Assembly: GCA_964016885.1 (NCBI GenBank)
Contig: OZ024762.1
Span: 30,771,187 to 30,835,186 of the forward strand
Reading direction: 5' to 3'
DNA from: Eledone cirrhosa
Lineage: Eukaryota
Length of the DNA stretch: 64,000 bases
Part shown: positions 41,709-55,489 of the stretch, in pieces
Layout of the letters: every line of letters starts with the position of its first letter
Position numbering within the stretch: the stretch's first letter is position 1
Program-made: the position numbers and the translations under genes
The notes under the pieces: generated by a model
Databases searched by the model: none
Seen by the model: only the letters and a program-made list of their open reading frames with translations
Told to the model about the DNA's origin: nothing

Positions 41709-44700
41709 ATGGTACTAGCTGTCAGAAGTAACTCCAATGTTGGTGAGAATTCATTTAAGTTCATGGTATTAGCTGTCAGAAGGAACTCCACTGTTGGTGA
41801 GAATTCATTTAAGTTCATGGTATTAGCTGTCAGAAGTAACTCCACTGTTGGTGAGAATTCATTTAAGTTCATGGTACTAGCTGTCAGAAGTAACTCCAAT
41901 GTTGGTGAGAATTCATTTAAGTTCATGGTATTAGCTGTCAGAAGTAACTCCACTGTTGGTGAGAATTCATTTAAGTCATGGTATTAGCTGTCAGAAGTAA
42001 CTCCAATGTTGGTGAGAATTCATTTAAGTTCATGGTATTAGTTGTCAGAAGTAACTCCACTGTTGGTGAGAATTCATTTAATTCATGGTATTAGCTGTCA
42101 GAAGTAACTCCACTGTTGGTGAGAATTCATTTAAGTTCATGGTATTAGCTGTCAGAAGTAACTCCACTGTTGGTGAGAATTCATTTAAGTTCATGGTACT
42201 AGCTGTCAGAAGTAACTCCACTGTTGGTGAGAATTCATTTAAGTTCATGGTATTAGCTGTCAGAAGTAACTCCACTGTTGGTGAGAATTCATTTAAGTCA
42301 TGGTACTAGCTGTCAGAAGTAACTCCACTGTTGGTGAGAATTCATATAAGTTCATGGTATTAGCTGTCAGAAGGAACTCCACTGTTGGTGAGAATTCATT
42401 TAAGTTCATGGTATTAGCTGTCAGAAGTAACTCCAATGTTGGTGAGAATTCATTTAAGTTCATGGTATTAGCTGTCAGAAGTAACTCCACTGTTGGTGAG
42501 AATCCATTTAAGTTCATGGTATTAGCTGTCAGAAGTAACTCCACTGTTGGTGAGAATTCATTTAAGTTCATGGTACTAGCTGTCAGAAGTAACTCCACTG
42601 TTGGTGAGAATTCATTTAAGTTCATGGTACTAGCTGTCAGAAGTAACCCCAATGTTGGTGAGAATTCATTTAAGTTCATGGTATTAGCTGTCAGAAGTCA
42701 CTCCACTGTTGGTGAGAATTCATTTAAGTTCATGGTATTAGCTGTCAGAAGTAACTCCACTGTTGGTGAGAATTCATTTAAGTTCATGGTATTAGCTGTC
42801 AGAAGTAACTCCACTGTTGGTGAGAATTCATTTAAGTTCATGGTATTAGCTGTCAGAAGTAACTCCACTGTTGGTGAGAATTCATTTAAGTTCATGGTAC
42901 TAGCTGTCAGAAGTAACTCCACTGTTGGTGAGAATTCATTTAAGTTCATGGTATTAGCTGTCAGAAGTAACTCCACTGTTGGTGAGAATTCATTTAAGTC
43001 ATGGTATTAGCTGTCAGAAGTAACTCCATTGTTGGTGAGAATTCATTTAAGTCATGGTACTAGCTGTCAGAAGTAACTCCACTGTTGGTGAGAATTCATT
43101 TAAGTTCATGGTACTAGCTGTCAGAAGTAACTCCACTGTTGGTGAGAATTCATTTAAGTTCATGGTACTAGCTGTCAGAAGTAACTCCACTGTTGGTGAG
43201 AATTCATTTAAGTTCATGGTACTAGCTGTCAGAAGTAACTCCACTGTTGGTGAGAATTCATTTAAGTTCATGGTACTAGCTGTCAGAAGTAACTCAACTG
43301 TTGGTGAGAATTCATTTAAGTTCATGGTACTAGCTGTCAGAAGTAACCCCAATGTTGGTGAGAATTCATTTAAGTTCATGGTATTAGCTGTCAGAAGTCA
43401 CTCCACTGTTGGTGAGAATTCATTTAAGTTCATGGTATTAGCTGTCAGAAGTAACTCCACTGTTGGTGAGAATTCATTTAATTCATGGTATTAGCTGTCA
43501 GAAGTAACTCCACTGTTGGTGAGAATTCATTTAAGTTCATGGTATTAGCTGTCAGAAGTAACTCCACTGTTGGTGAGAATTCATTTAAGTTCATGGTACT
43601 AGCTGTCAGAAGTAACTCCACTGTTGGTGAGAATTCATTTAAGTTCATGGTATTAGCTGTCAGAAGTAACTCCACTGTTGGTGAGAATTCATTTAAGTCA
43701 TGGTACTAGCTGTCAGAAGTAACTCCACTGTTGGTGAGAATTCATATAAGTTCATGGTATTAGCTGTCAGAAGGAACTCCACTGTTGGTGAGAATTCATT
43801 TAAGTTCATGGTATTAGCTGTCAGAAGTAACTCCAATGTTGGTGAGAATTCATTTAAGTTCATGGTATTAGCTGTCAGAAGTAACTCCACTGTTGGTGAG
43901 AATCCATTTAAGTTCATGGTATTAGCTGTCAGAAGTAACTCCACTGTTGGTGAGAATTCATTTAAGTTCATGGTACTAGCTGTCAGAAGTAACTCCACTG
44001 TTGGTGAGAATTCATTTAAGTTCATGGTACTAGCTGTCAGAAGTAACCCCAATGTTGGTGAGAATTCATTTAAGTTCATGGTATTAGCTGTCAGAAGTCA
44101 CTCCACTGTTGGTGAGAATTCATTTAAGTTCATGGTATTAGCTGTCAGAAGTAACTCCACTGTTGGTGAGAATTCATTTAAGTTCATGGTATTAGCTGTC
44201 AGAAGTAACTCCACTGTTGGTGAGAATTCATTTAAGTTCATGGTATTAGCTGTCAGAAGTAACTCCACTGTTGGTGAGAATTCATTTAAGTTCATGGTAT
44301 TAGCTGTCAGAAGTAACTCCACTGTTGGTGAGAATTCATTTAAGTCATGGTACTAGCTGTCAGAAGTAACTCCAATGTTGGTGAGAATTCATTTAAGTTC
44401 ATGGTATTAGCTGTCAGAAGGAACTCCACTGTTGGTGAGAATTCATTTAAGTTCATGGTATTAGCTGTCAGAAGTAACTCCACTGTTGGTGAGAATTCAT
44501 TTAAGTTCATGGTACTAGCTGTCAGAAGTAACTCCAATGTTGGTGAGAATTCATTTAAGTTCATGGTATTAGCTGTCAGAAGTAACTCCACTGTTGGTGA
44601 GAATTCATTTAAGTCATGGTATTAGCTGTCAGAAGTAACTCCAATGTTGGTGAGAATTCATTTAAGTTCATGGTATTAGTTGTCAGAAGTAACTCCACTG

Positions 44701-47470
44701 TTGGTGAGAATTCATTTAATTCATGGTATTAGCTGTCAGAAGTAACTCCACTGTTGGTGAGAATTCATTTAAGTTCATGGTATTAGCTGTCAGAAGTAAC
44801 TCCACTGTTGGTGAGAATTCATTTAAGTTCATGGTACTAGCTGTCAGAAGTAACTCCACTGTTGGTGAGAATTCATTTAAGTTCATGGTATTAGCTGTCA
44901 GAAGTAACTCCACTGTTGGTGAGAATTCATTTAAGTCATGGTACTAGCTGTCAGAAGTAACTCCACTGTTGGTGAGAATTCATATAAGTTCATGGTATTA
45001 GCTGTCAGAAGGAACTCCACTGTTGGTGAGAATTCATTTAAGTTCATGGTATTAGCTGTCAGAAGTAACTCCAATGTTGGTGAGAATTCATTTAAGTTCA
45101 TGGTATTAGCTGTCAGAAGTAACTCCACTGTTGGTGAGAATCCATTTAAGTTCATGGTATTAGCTGTCAGAAGTAACTCCACTGTTGGTGAGAATTCATT
45201 TAAGTTCATGGTACTAGCTGTCAGAAGTAACTCCACTGTTGGTGAGAATTCATTTAAGTTCATGGTACTAGCTGTCAGAAGTAACCCCAATGTTGGTGAG
45301 AATTCATTTAAGTTCATGGTATTAGCTGTCAGAAGTCACTCCACTGTTGGTGAGAATTCATTTAAGTTCATGGTATTAGCTGTCAGAAGTAACTCCACTG
45401 TTGGTGAGAATTCATTTAAGTTCATGGTATTAGCTGTCAGAAGTAACTCCACTGTTGGTGAGAATTCATTTAAGTTCATGGTATTAGCTGTCAGAAGTAA
45501 CTCCACTGTTGGTGAGAATTCATTTAAGTTCATGGTACTAGCTGTCAGAAGTAACTCCACTGTTGGTGAGAATTCATTTAAGTTCATGGTATTAGCTGTC
45601 AGAAGTAACTCCACTGTTGGTGAGAATTCATTTAAGTCATGGTATTAGCTGTCAGAAGTAACTCCATTGTTGGTGAGAATTCATTTAAGTCATGGTACTA
45701 GCTGTCAGAAGTAACTCCACTGTTGGTGAGAATTCATTTAAGTTCATGGTACTAGCTGTCAGAAGTAACTCCACTGTTGGTGAGAATTCATTTAAGTTCA
45801 TGGTACTAGCTGTCAGAAGTAACTCCACTGTTGGTGAGAATTCATTTAAGTTCATGGTACTAGCTGTCAGAAGTAACTCCACTGTTGGTGAGAATTCATT
45901 TAAGTTCATGGTACTAGCTGTCAGAAGTAACTCAACTGTTGGTGAGAATTCATTTAAGTTCATGGTACTAGCTGTCAGAAGTAACCCCAATGTTGGTGAG
46001 AATTCATTTAAGTTCATGGTATTAGCTGTCAGAAGTCACTCCACTGTTGGTGAGAATTCATTTAAGTTCATGGTATTAGCTGTCAGAAGTAACTCCACTG
46101 TTGGTGAGAATTCATTTAATTCATGGTATTAGCTGTCAGAAGTAACTCCACTGTTGGTGAGAATTCATTTAAGTTCATGGTATTAGCTGTCAGAAGTAAC
46201 TCCACTGTTGGTGAGAATTCATTTAAGTTCATGGTACTAGCTGTCAGAAGTAACTCCACTGTTGGTGAGAATTCATTTAAGTTCATGGTATTAGCTGTCA
46301 GAAGTAACTCCACTGTTGGTGAGAATTCATTTAAGTCATGGTACTAGCTGTCAGAAGTAACTCCACTGTTGGTGAGAATTCATATAAGTTCATGGTATTA
46401 GCTGTCAGAAGGAACTCCACTGTTGGTGAGAATTCATTTAAGTTCATGGTATTAGCTGTCAGAAGTAACTCCAATGTTGGTGAGAATTCATTTAAGTTCA
46501 TGGTATTAGCTGTCAGAAGTAACTCCACTGTTGGTGAGAATCCATTTAAGTTCATGGTATTAGCTGTCAGAAGTAACTCCACTGTTGGTGAGAATTCATT
46601 TAAGTTCATGGTACTAGCTGTCAGAAGTAACTCCACTGTTGGTGAGAATTCATTTAAGTTCATGGTACTAGCTGTCAGAAGTAACCCCAATGTTGGTGAG
46701 AATTCATTTAAGTTCATGGTATTAGCTGTCAGAAGTCACTCCACTGTTGGTGAGAATTCATTTAAGTTCATGGTATTAGCTGTCAGAAGTAACTCCACTG
46801 TTGGTGAGAATTCATTTAAGTTCATGGTATTAGCTGTCAGAAGTAACTCCACTGTTGGTGAGAATTCATTTAAGTTCATGGTATTAGCTGTCAGAAGTAA
46901 CTCCACTGTTGGTGAGAATTCATTTAAGTTCATGGTACTAGCTGTCAGAAGTAACTCCACTGTTGGTGAGAATTCATTTAAGTTCATGGTATTAGCTGTC
47001 AGAAGTAACTCCACTGTTGGTGAGAATTCATTTAAGTCATGGTATTAGCTGTCAGAAGTAACTCCATTGTTGGTGAGAATTCATTTAAGTCATGGTACTA
47101 GCTGTCAGAAGTAACTCCACTGTTGGTGAGAATTCATTTAAGTTCATGGTACTAGCTGTCAGAAGTAACTCCACTGTTGGTGAGAATTCATTTAAGTTCA
47201 TGGTACTAGCTGTCAGAAGTAACTCCACTGTTGGTGAGAATTCATTTAAGTTCATGGTACTAGCTGTCAGAAGTAACTCCACTGTTGGTGAGAATTCATT
47301 TAAGTTCATGGTACTAGCTGTCAGAAGTAACTCAACTGTTGGTGAGAATTCATTTAAGTTCATGGTACTAGCTGTCAGAAGTAACCCCAATGTTGGTGAG
47401 AATTCATTTAAGTTCATGGTATTAGCTGTCAGAAGTCACTCCACTGTTGGTGAGAATTCATTTAAGTTCA
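41709..47470 (+). repeat. 1400-bp (26-monomer) HOR cluster nested in a 2638-bp (~49-monomer) duplication
   Basis: Offset 1400 for 42085/43485, 42300/43700, 44723/46123, 44938/46338 and 45692/47092. Offset 2638 for 41709/44347, 42085/44723, 42300/44938 and 43054/45692. Markers are CATATAAG, GAATCC, AACTCAACT and TTTAATTCATG. Confidence 0.92.
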
Positions 47471-49509
47471 TGGTACTAGCTGTCAGAAGGAACTCCACTG
47501 TTGGTGAGAATTCATTTAAGTTCATGGTATTAGCTGTCAGAAGTAACTCCACTGTTGGTGAAAATTCATTTAAGTTCATGGTATTAGTTGTCAGAAGTAA
47601 CTCCACTGTTGGTGAGAATTCATTAAGTCATGGTATTAGTTGTCAGAAGTAACTCCAATGTTGGTGAGAATTCATTTAAGTTCATGGTACTAGCTGTCAG
47701 AAGTAACTCCACAGTTGGTGAGAATTAATTTAATTTCATGGTATTAGCTGTCAGAAGTAACTCCACTGTTGGTGAGAATTCATTTAAGTCATGGTATTAG
47801 CTGTCAGAAGTAACTCCATTGTTGGTGAGAATTCATTTAAGTCATGGTACTAGCTGTCAGAAGTAACTCCACTGTTGGTGAGAATTCCTTTAAGTTCATG
47901 GTATTAGCTGTCAGAAGGAACTCCACTGTTGGTGAGAATTCATTTAAGTTCATGGTACTAGCTGTCAGAAGTAACTCCACTGTTGGTGAGAATTCATTTA
48001 AGTTCATGGTATTAGTTTGTCAGAAGTAACTCCACTGTTGGTGAGAATTCATTTAAGTCATGGTATTAGTTGTCAGAAGTAAGTCCAATGTTGGTGAGAA
48101 TTCATTTAAGTCATGGTACTAGCTGTCAGAAGTAACTCCAATGTTGGTGAGAATTCATTTAAGTTCATGGTATTAGCTGTCAGAAGGAACTCCACTGTTG
48201 GTGAGCATTCATTTAAGTTCATGGTATTAGCTGTCAGAAGTAACTCCACTGTTGGTGAGAATTCATTTAAGTTCATGGTACTAGCTGTCAGAAGTAACTC
48301 CAATGTTGGTGAGAATTCATTTAAGTTCATGGTATTAGCTGTCAGAAGTAACTCCACTGTTGGTGAGAATTCATTTAAGTCATGGTATTAGCTGTCAGAA
48401 GTAACTCCAATGTTGGTGAGAATTCATTTAAGTTCATGGTATTAGTTGTCAGAAGTAACTCCACTGTTGGTGAGAATTCATTTAAGTTCATGGTATTAGC
48501 TGTCAGAAGTAACTCCACTGTTGGTGAGAATTCATTTAAGTTCATGGTACTAGCTGTCAGAAGTAACTCCACTGTTGGTGAGAATTCATTTAAGTTCATG
48601 GTATTAGCTGTCAGAAGTAACACCACTGTTGGTGAGAATTCATATAAGTTCATGGTACTAGCTGTCAGAAGTAACTCCACTGTTGGTGAGAATTCATTTA
48701 AGTTCATGGTACTAGCTGTCAGAAGTAACTCCAATGTTGGTGAGAATTCATTTAAGTTCATGGTATTAGCTGTCAGAAGTAACTCCACTGTTGGTGAGAA
48801 TTCATTTAAGTTCATGGTACTAGCTGTCAGAAGTAACTCAACTGTTGGTGAGAATTCATTTAAGTTCATGGTACTAGCTGTCAGAAGTAACCCCAATGTT
48901 GGTGAGAATTCATTTAAGTTCATGGTATTAGCTGTCAGAAGTCACTCCACTGTTGGTGAGAATTCATTTAAGTTCATGGTATTAGCTGTCAGAAGTAACT
49001 CCACTGTTGGTGAGAATTCATTTAATTCATGGTATTAGCTGTCAGAAGTAACTCCACTGTTGGTGAGAATTCATTTAAGTTCATGGTATTAGCTGTCAGA
49101 AGTAACTCCACTGTTGGTGAGAATTCATTTAAGTTCATGGTACTAGCTGTCAGAAGTAACTCCACTGTTGGTGAGAATTCATTTAAGTTCATGGTATTAG
49201 CTGTCAGAAGTAACTCCACTGTTGGTGAGAATTCATTTAAGTCATGGTACTAGCTGTCAGAAGTAACTCCACTGTTGGTGAGAATTCATATAAGTTCATG
49301 GTATTAGCTGTCAGAAGGAACTCCACTGTTGGTGAGAATTCATTTAAGTTCATGGTATTAGCTGTCAGAAGTAACTCCAATGTTGGTGAGAATTCATTTA
49401 AGTTCATGGTATTAGCTGTCAGAAGTAACTCCACTGTTGGTGAGAATCCATTTAAGTTCATGGTATTAGCTGTCAGAAGTAACTCCACTGTTGGTGAGAA
49501 TTCATTTAA

Positions 49510-52500
49510 GTTCATGGTACTAGCTGTCAGAAGTAACTCCACTGTTGGTGAGAATTCATTTAAGTTCATGGTACTAGCTGTCAGAAGTAACCCCAATGTT
49601 GGTGAGAATTCATTTAAGTTCATGGTATTAGCTGTCAGAAGTCACTCCACTGTTGGTGAGAATTCATTTAAGTTCATGGTATTAGCTGTCAGAAGTAACT
49701 CCACTGTTGGTGAGAATTCATTTAAGTTCATGGTATTAGCTGTCAGAAGTAACTCCACTGTTGGTGAGAATTCATTTAAGTTCATGGTATTAGCTGTCAG
49801 AAGTAACTCCACTGTTGGTGAGAATTCATTTAAGTTCATGGTACTAGCTGTCAGAAGTAACTCCACTGTTGGTGAGAATTCATTTAAGTTCATGGTATTA
49901 GCTGTCAGAAGTAACTCCACTGTTGGTGAGAATTCATTTAAGTCATGGTATTAGCTGTCAGAAGTAACTCCATTGTTGGTGAGAATTCATTTAAGTCATG
50001 GTACTAGCTGTCAGAAGTAACTCCACTGTTGGTGAGAATTCATTTAAGTTCATGGTACTAGCTGTCAGAAGTAACTCCACTGTTGGTGAGAATTCATTTA
50101 AGTTCATGGTACTAGCTGTCAGAAGTAACTCCACTGTTGGTGAGAATTCATTTAAGTTCATGGTACTAGCTGTCAGAAGTAACTCCACTGTTGGTGAGAA
50201 TTCATTTAAGTTCATGGTACTAGCTGTCAGAAGTAACTCAACTGTTGGTGAGAATTCATTTAAGTTCATGGTACTAGCTGTCAGAAGTAACCCCAATGTT
50301 GGTGAGAATTCATTTAAGTTCATGGTATTAGCTGTCAGAAGTCACTCCACTGTTGGTGAGAATTCATTTAAGTTCATGGTACTAGCTGTCAGAAGGAACT
50401 CCACTGTTGGTGAGAATTCATTTAAGTTCATGGTATTAGCTGTCAGAAGTAACTCCACTGTTGGTGAAAATTCATTTAAGTTCATGGTACTAGTTGTCAG
50501 AAGTAACTCCACTGTTGGTGAGAATTCATTTAAGTTCATGGTATTAGTTGTCAGAAGTAACTCCACTGTTGGTGAGAATTCATTAAGTCATGGTATTAGT
50601 TGTCAGAAGTAACTCCAATGTTGGTGAGAATTCATTTAAGTTCATGGTACTAGCTGTCAGAAGTAACACCACTGTTGGTGAGAATTCATATAAGTTCATG
50701 GTACTAGCTGTCAGAAGTAACTCCACTGTTGGTGAGAATTCATTTAAGTTCATGGTATTAGCTGTCAGAAGTAACACCACTGTTGGTGAGAATTCATATA
50801 AGTTCATGGTACTAGCTGTCAGAAGTAACTCCACTGTTGGTGAGAATTCATTTAAGTTCATGGTACTAGCTGTCAGAAGTAACTCCAATGTTGGTGAGAA
50901 TTCATTTAAGTTCATGGTATTAGCTGTCAGAAGGAACTCCACTGTTGGTGAGAATTCATTTAAGTTCATGGTATTAGCTGTCAGAAGTAACTCCACTGTT
51001 GGTGAACATTCATTTAAGTTCATGGTACTAGTTGTCAGAAGTAACTCCACTGTTGGTGAGAATTCATTTAAGTTCATGGTATTAGTTGTCAGAAGTAACT
51101 CCACTGTTGGTGAGAATTCATTAAGTCATGGTATTAGTTGTCAGAAGTAACTCCAATGTTGGTGAGAATTCATTTAAGTTCATGGTACTAGCTGTCAGAA
51201 GTAACTCCACAGTTGGTGAGAATTCATTTAAGTTCATGGTATTAGCTGTCAGAAGTAACTCCACTGTTGGTGAGAATTCATTTAAGTCATGGTATTAGCT
51301 GTCAGAAGTAACTCCATTGTTGGTGAGAATTCATTTAAGTCATGGTACTAGCTGTCAGAAGTAACTCCACTGTTGGTGAGAATTCATTTAAGTTAATGGT
51401 ATTAGCTGTCAGAAGGAACTCCACTGTTGGTGAGAATTCATTTAAGTTCATGGTACTAGCTGTCAGAAGTAACTCCACTGTTGGTGAGAATTCATTTAAG
51501 TTCATGGTATTAGTTTGTCAGAAGTAACTCCACTGTTGGTGAGAATTCATTTAAGTCATGGTATTAGTTGTCAGAAGTAAGTCCAATGTTGGTGAGAATT
51601 CATTTAAGTCATGGTACTAGCTGTCAGAAGTAACTCCAATGTTGGTGAGAATTCATTTAAGTTCATGGTATTAGCTGTCAGAAGGAACTCCACTGTTGGT
51701 GAGAATTCATTTAAGTTCATGGTATTAGCTGTCAGAAGTAACTCCACTGTTGGTGAGAATTCATTTAAGTTCATGGTACTAGCTGTCAGAAGTAACTCCA
51801 ATGTTGGTGAGAATTCATTTAAGTTCATGGTACTAGCTGTCAGAAGTAACTCCACTGTTGGTGAGAATTCATTTAAGTTCATGGTACTAGCTGTCAGAAG
51901 TAACCCCAATGTTGGTGAGAATTCATTTAAGTTCATGGTATTAGCTGTCAGAAGTCACTCCACTGTTGGTGAGAATTCATTTAAGTTCATGGTATTAGCT
52001 GTCAGAAGTAACTCCACTGTTGGTGAGAATTCATTTAAGTTCATGGTATTAGCTGTCAGAAGTAACTCCACTGTTGGTGAGAATTCATTTAAGTTCATGG
52101 TATTAGCTGTCAGAAGTAACTCCACTGTTGGTGAGAATTCATTTAAGTTCATGGTACTAGCTGTCAGAAGTAACTCCACTGTTGGTGAGAATTCATTTAA
52201 GTTCATGGTATTAGCTGTCAGAAGTAACTCCACTGTTGGTGAGAATTCATTTAAGTCATGGTATTAGCTGTCAGAAGTAACTCCATTGTTGGTGAGAATT
52301 CATTTAAGTCATGGTACTAGCTGTCAGAAGTAACTCCACTGTTGGTGAGAATTCATTTAAGTTCATGGTACTAGCTGTCAGAAGTAACTCCACTGTTGGT
52401 GAGAATTCATTTAAGTTCATGGTACTAGCTGTCAGAAGTAACTCCACTGTTGGTGAGAATTCATTTAAGTTCATGGTACTAGCTGTCAGAAGTAACTCCA

Positions 52501-54130
52501 CTGTTGGTGAGAATTCATTTAAGTTCATGGTACTAGCTGTCAGAAGTAACTCAACTGTTGGTGAGAATTCATTTAAGTTCATGGTACTAGCTGTCAGAAG
52601 TAACCCCAATGTTGGTGAGAATTCATTAAAGTTCATGGTATTAGCTGTCAGAAGTCACTCCACTGTTGGTGAGAATTCATTTAAGTTCATGGTACTAGCT
52701 GTCAGAAGGAACTCCACTGTTGGTGAGAATTCATTTAAGTTCATGGTATTAGCTGTCAGAAGTAACTCCACTGTTGGTGAAAATTCATTTAAGTTCATGG
52801 TACTAGTTGTCAGAAGTAACTCCACTGTTGGTGAGAATTCATTTAAGTTCATGGTATTAGTTGTCAGAAGTAACTCCACTGTTGGTGAGAATTCATTAAG
52901 TCATGGTATTAGTTGTCAGAAGTAACTCCAATGTTGGTGAGAATTCATTTAAGTTCATGGTACTAGCTGTCAGAAGTAACACCACTGTTGGTGAGAATTC
53001 ATATAAGTTCATGGTACTAGCTGTCAGAAGTAACTCCACTGTTGGTGAGAATTCATTTAAGTTCATGGTATTAGCTGTCAGAAGTAACACCACTGTTGGT
53101 GAGAATTCATATAAGTTCATGGTACTAGCTGTCAGAAGTAACTCCACTGTTGGTGAGAATTCATTTAAGTTCATGGTACTAGCTGTCAGAAGTAACTCCA
53201 ATGTTGGTGAGAATTCATTTAAGTTCATGGTATTAGCTGTCAGAAGGAACTCCACTGTTGGTGAGAATTCATTTAAGTTCATGGTATTAGCTGTCAGAAG
53301 TAACTCCACTGTTGGTGAAAATTCATTTAAGTTCATGGTACTAGTTGTCAGAAGTAACTCCACTGTTGGTGAGAATTCATTTAAGTTCATGGTATTAGTT
53401 GTCAGAAGTAACTCCACTGTTGGTGAGAATTCATTAAGTCATGGTATTAGTTGTCAGAAGTAACTCCAATGTTGGTGAGAATTCATTTAAGTTCATGGTA
53501 CTAGCTGTCAGAAGTAACTCCACAGTTGGTGAGAATTCATTTAAGTTCATGGTATTAGCTGTCAGAAGTAACTCCAGTGTTGGTGAGAATTCATTTAAGT
53601 CATGGTATTAGCTGTCAGAAGTAACTCCATTGTTGGTGAGAATTCATTTAAGTCATGGTACTAGCTGTCAGAAGTAACTCCACTGTTGGTGAGAATTCAT
53701 TTAAGTTAATGGTATTAGCTGTCAGAAGGAACTCCACTGTTGGTGAGAATTCATTTAAGTTCATGGTACTAGCTGTCAGAAGTAACTCCACTGTTGGTGA
53801 GAATTCATTTAAGTTCATGGTATTAGTTTGTCAGAAGTAACTCCACTGTTGGTGAGAATTCATTTAAGTCATGGTATTAGTTGTCAGAAGTAAGTCCAAT
53901 GTTGGTGAGAATTCATTTAAGTCATGGTACTAGCTGTCAGAAGTAACTCCAATGTTGGTGAGAATTCATTTAAGTTCATGGTATTAGCTGTCAGAAGGAA
54001 CTCCACTGTTGGTGAGAATTCATTTAAGTTCATGGTATTAGCTGTCAGAAGTAACTCCACTGTTGGTGAGAATTCATTTAAGTTCATGGTACTAGCTGTC
54101 AGAAGTAACTCCAATGTTGGTGAGAATTCA
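49510..54130 (+). repeat. Tandem duplication, period 2313 bp (~43 monomers)
   Basis: ORF pairs 49998/52311, 50590/52903, 51342/53655 and 51611/53924 are offset by 2313. Both copies carry the doubled AACACC...CATATAAG dimer. Confidence 0.9.
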
Positions 54131-55489
54131 TTTAAGTTCATGGTATTAGCTGTCAGAAGTAACTCCACTGTTGGTGAGAATTCATTTAAGTCATGGTATT
54201 AGCTGTCAGAAGTAACTCCAATGTTGGTAAGAATTCATTTAAGTTCATGGTATTAGTTGTCAGAAGTAACTCCACTGTTGGTGAGAATTCATTTAAGTTC
54301 ATGGTATTAGCTGTCAGAAGTAACTCCACTGTTGGTGAGAATTCATTTAAGTTCATGGTACTAGCTGTCAGAAGTAACTCCACTGTTGGTGAGAATTCAT
54401 TTAAGTTCATGGTATTAGCTGTCAGAAGTAACACCGCTGTTGGTGAGAATTCATATAAGTTCATGGTACTAGCTGTCAGAAGTAACTCCACTGTTGGTGA
54501 GAATTCATTTAAGTTCATGGTATTAGTTTGTCAGAAGTAACTCCACTGTTGGTGAGAATTCATTTAAGCCATGGTATTAGTTGTCAGAAGTAACTCCACT
54601 GTTGGTGAGAATTCATTTAAGTTCATGGTACTAGCTGTCAGAAGTAACTCCACTGTTGGTGAGAATTCATTTAAGTTCATGGTACTAGCTGTCAGAAGTC
54701 ACTCCAATGTTGGTGAGAATTCATTTAAGTTCATGGTATTAGCTGTCAGAAGGAACTCCACTGTTGGTGAGAATTCATTTAAGTTCATGGTATTAGCTGT
54801 CAGAAGTAACTCCACTGTTGGTGAGAATTCATTTAAGTTCATGGTACTAGCTGTCAGAAGTAACTCCAATGTTGGTGAGAATTCATTTAAGTTCATGGTA
54901 TTAGCTGTCAGAAGTAACTCCACTGTTGGTGAGAATTCATTTAAGTCATGGTATTAGCTGTCAGAAGTAACTCCAATGTTGGTGAGAATTCATTTAAGTT
55001 CATGGTATTAGTTGTCAGAAGTAACACCACTGTTGGTGAGAATTCATTTAAGTTCATGGTACTAGCTGTCAGAAGTAACTCCACTGTTGGTGAGAATTCA
55101 TTTAAGTTCATGGTATTAGTTTGTCAGAAGGAACTCCACTGTTGGTGAGAATTCATTTAAGTTCATGGTATTAGCTGTCAGAAGTAACTCCACTGTTGGT
55201 GAGAATTCATTTAAGTTCATGGTATTAGCTGTCAGAAGTAACTCCACTGTTGGTGAGAATTCATTTAAGTTCATGGTACTAGCTGTCAGAAGTAACTCCA
55301 CTGTTGGTGAGAATTCATTTAAGTTCATGGTATTAGCTGTCAGAAGTAACTCCACTGTTGGTGAGAATTCATTTAAGTCATGGTATTAGCTGTCAGAAGT
55401 AACTCCATTGTTGGTGAGAATTCATTTAAGTCATGGTACTAGCTGTCAGAAGTAACTCCACTGTTGGTGAGAATTCATTTAAGTTCATG

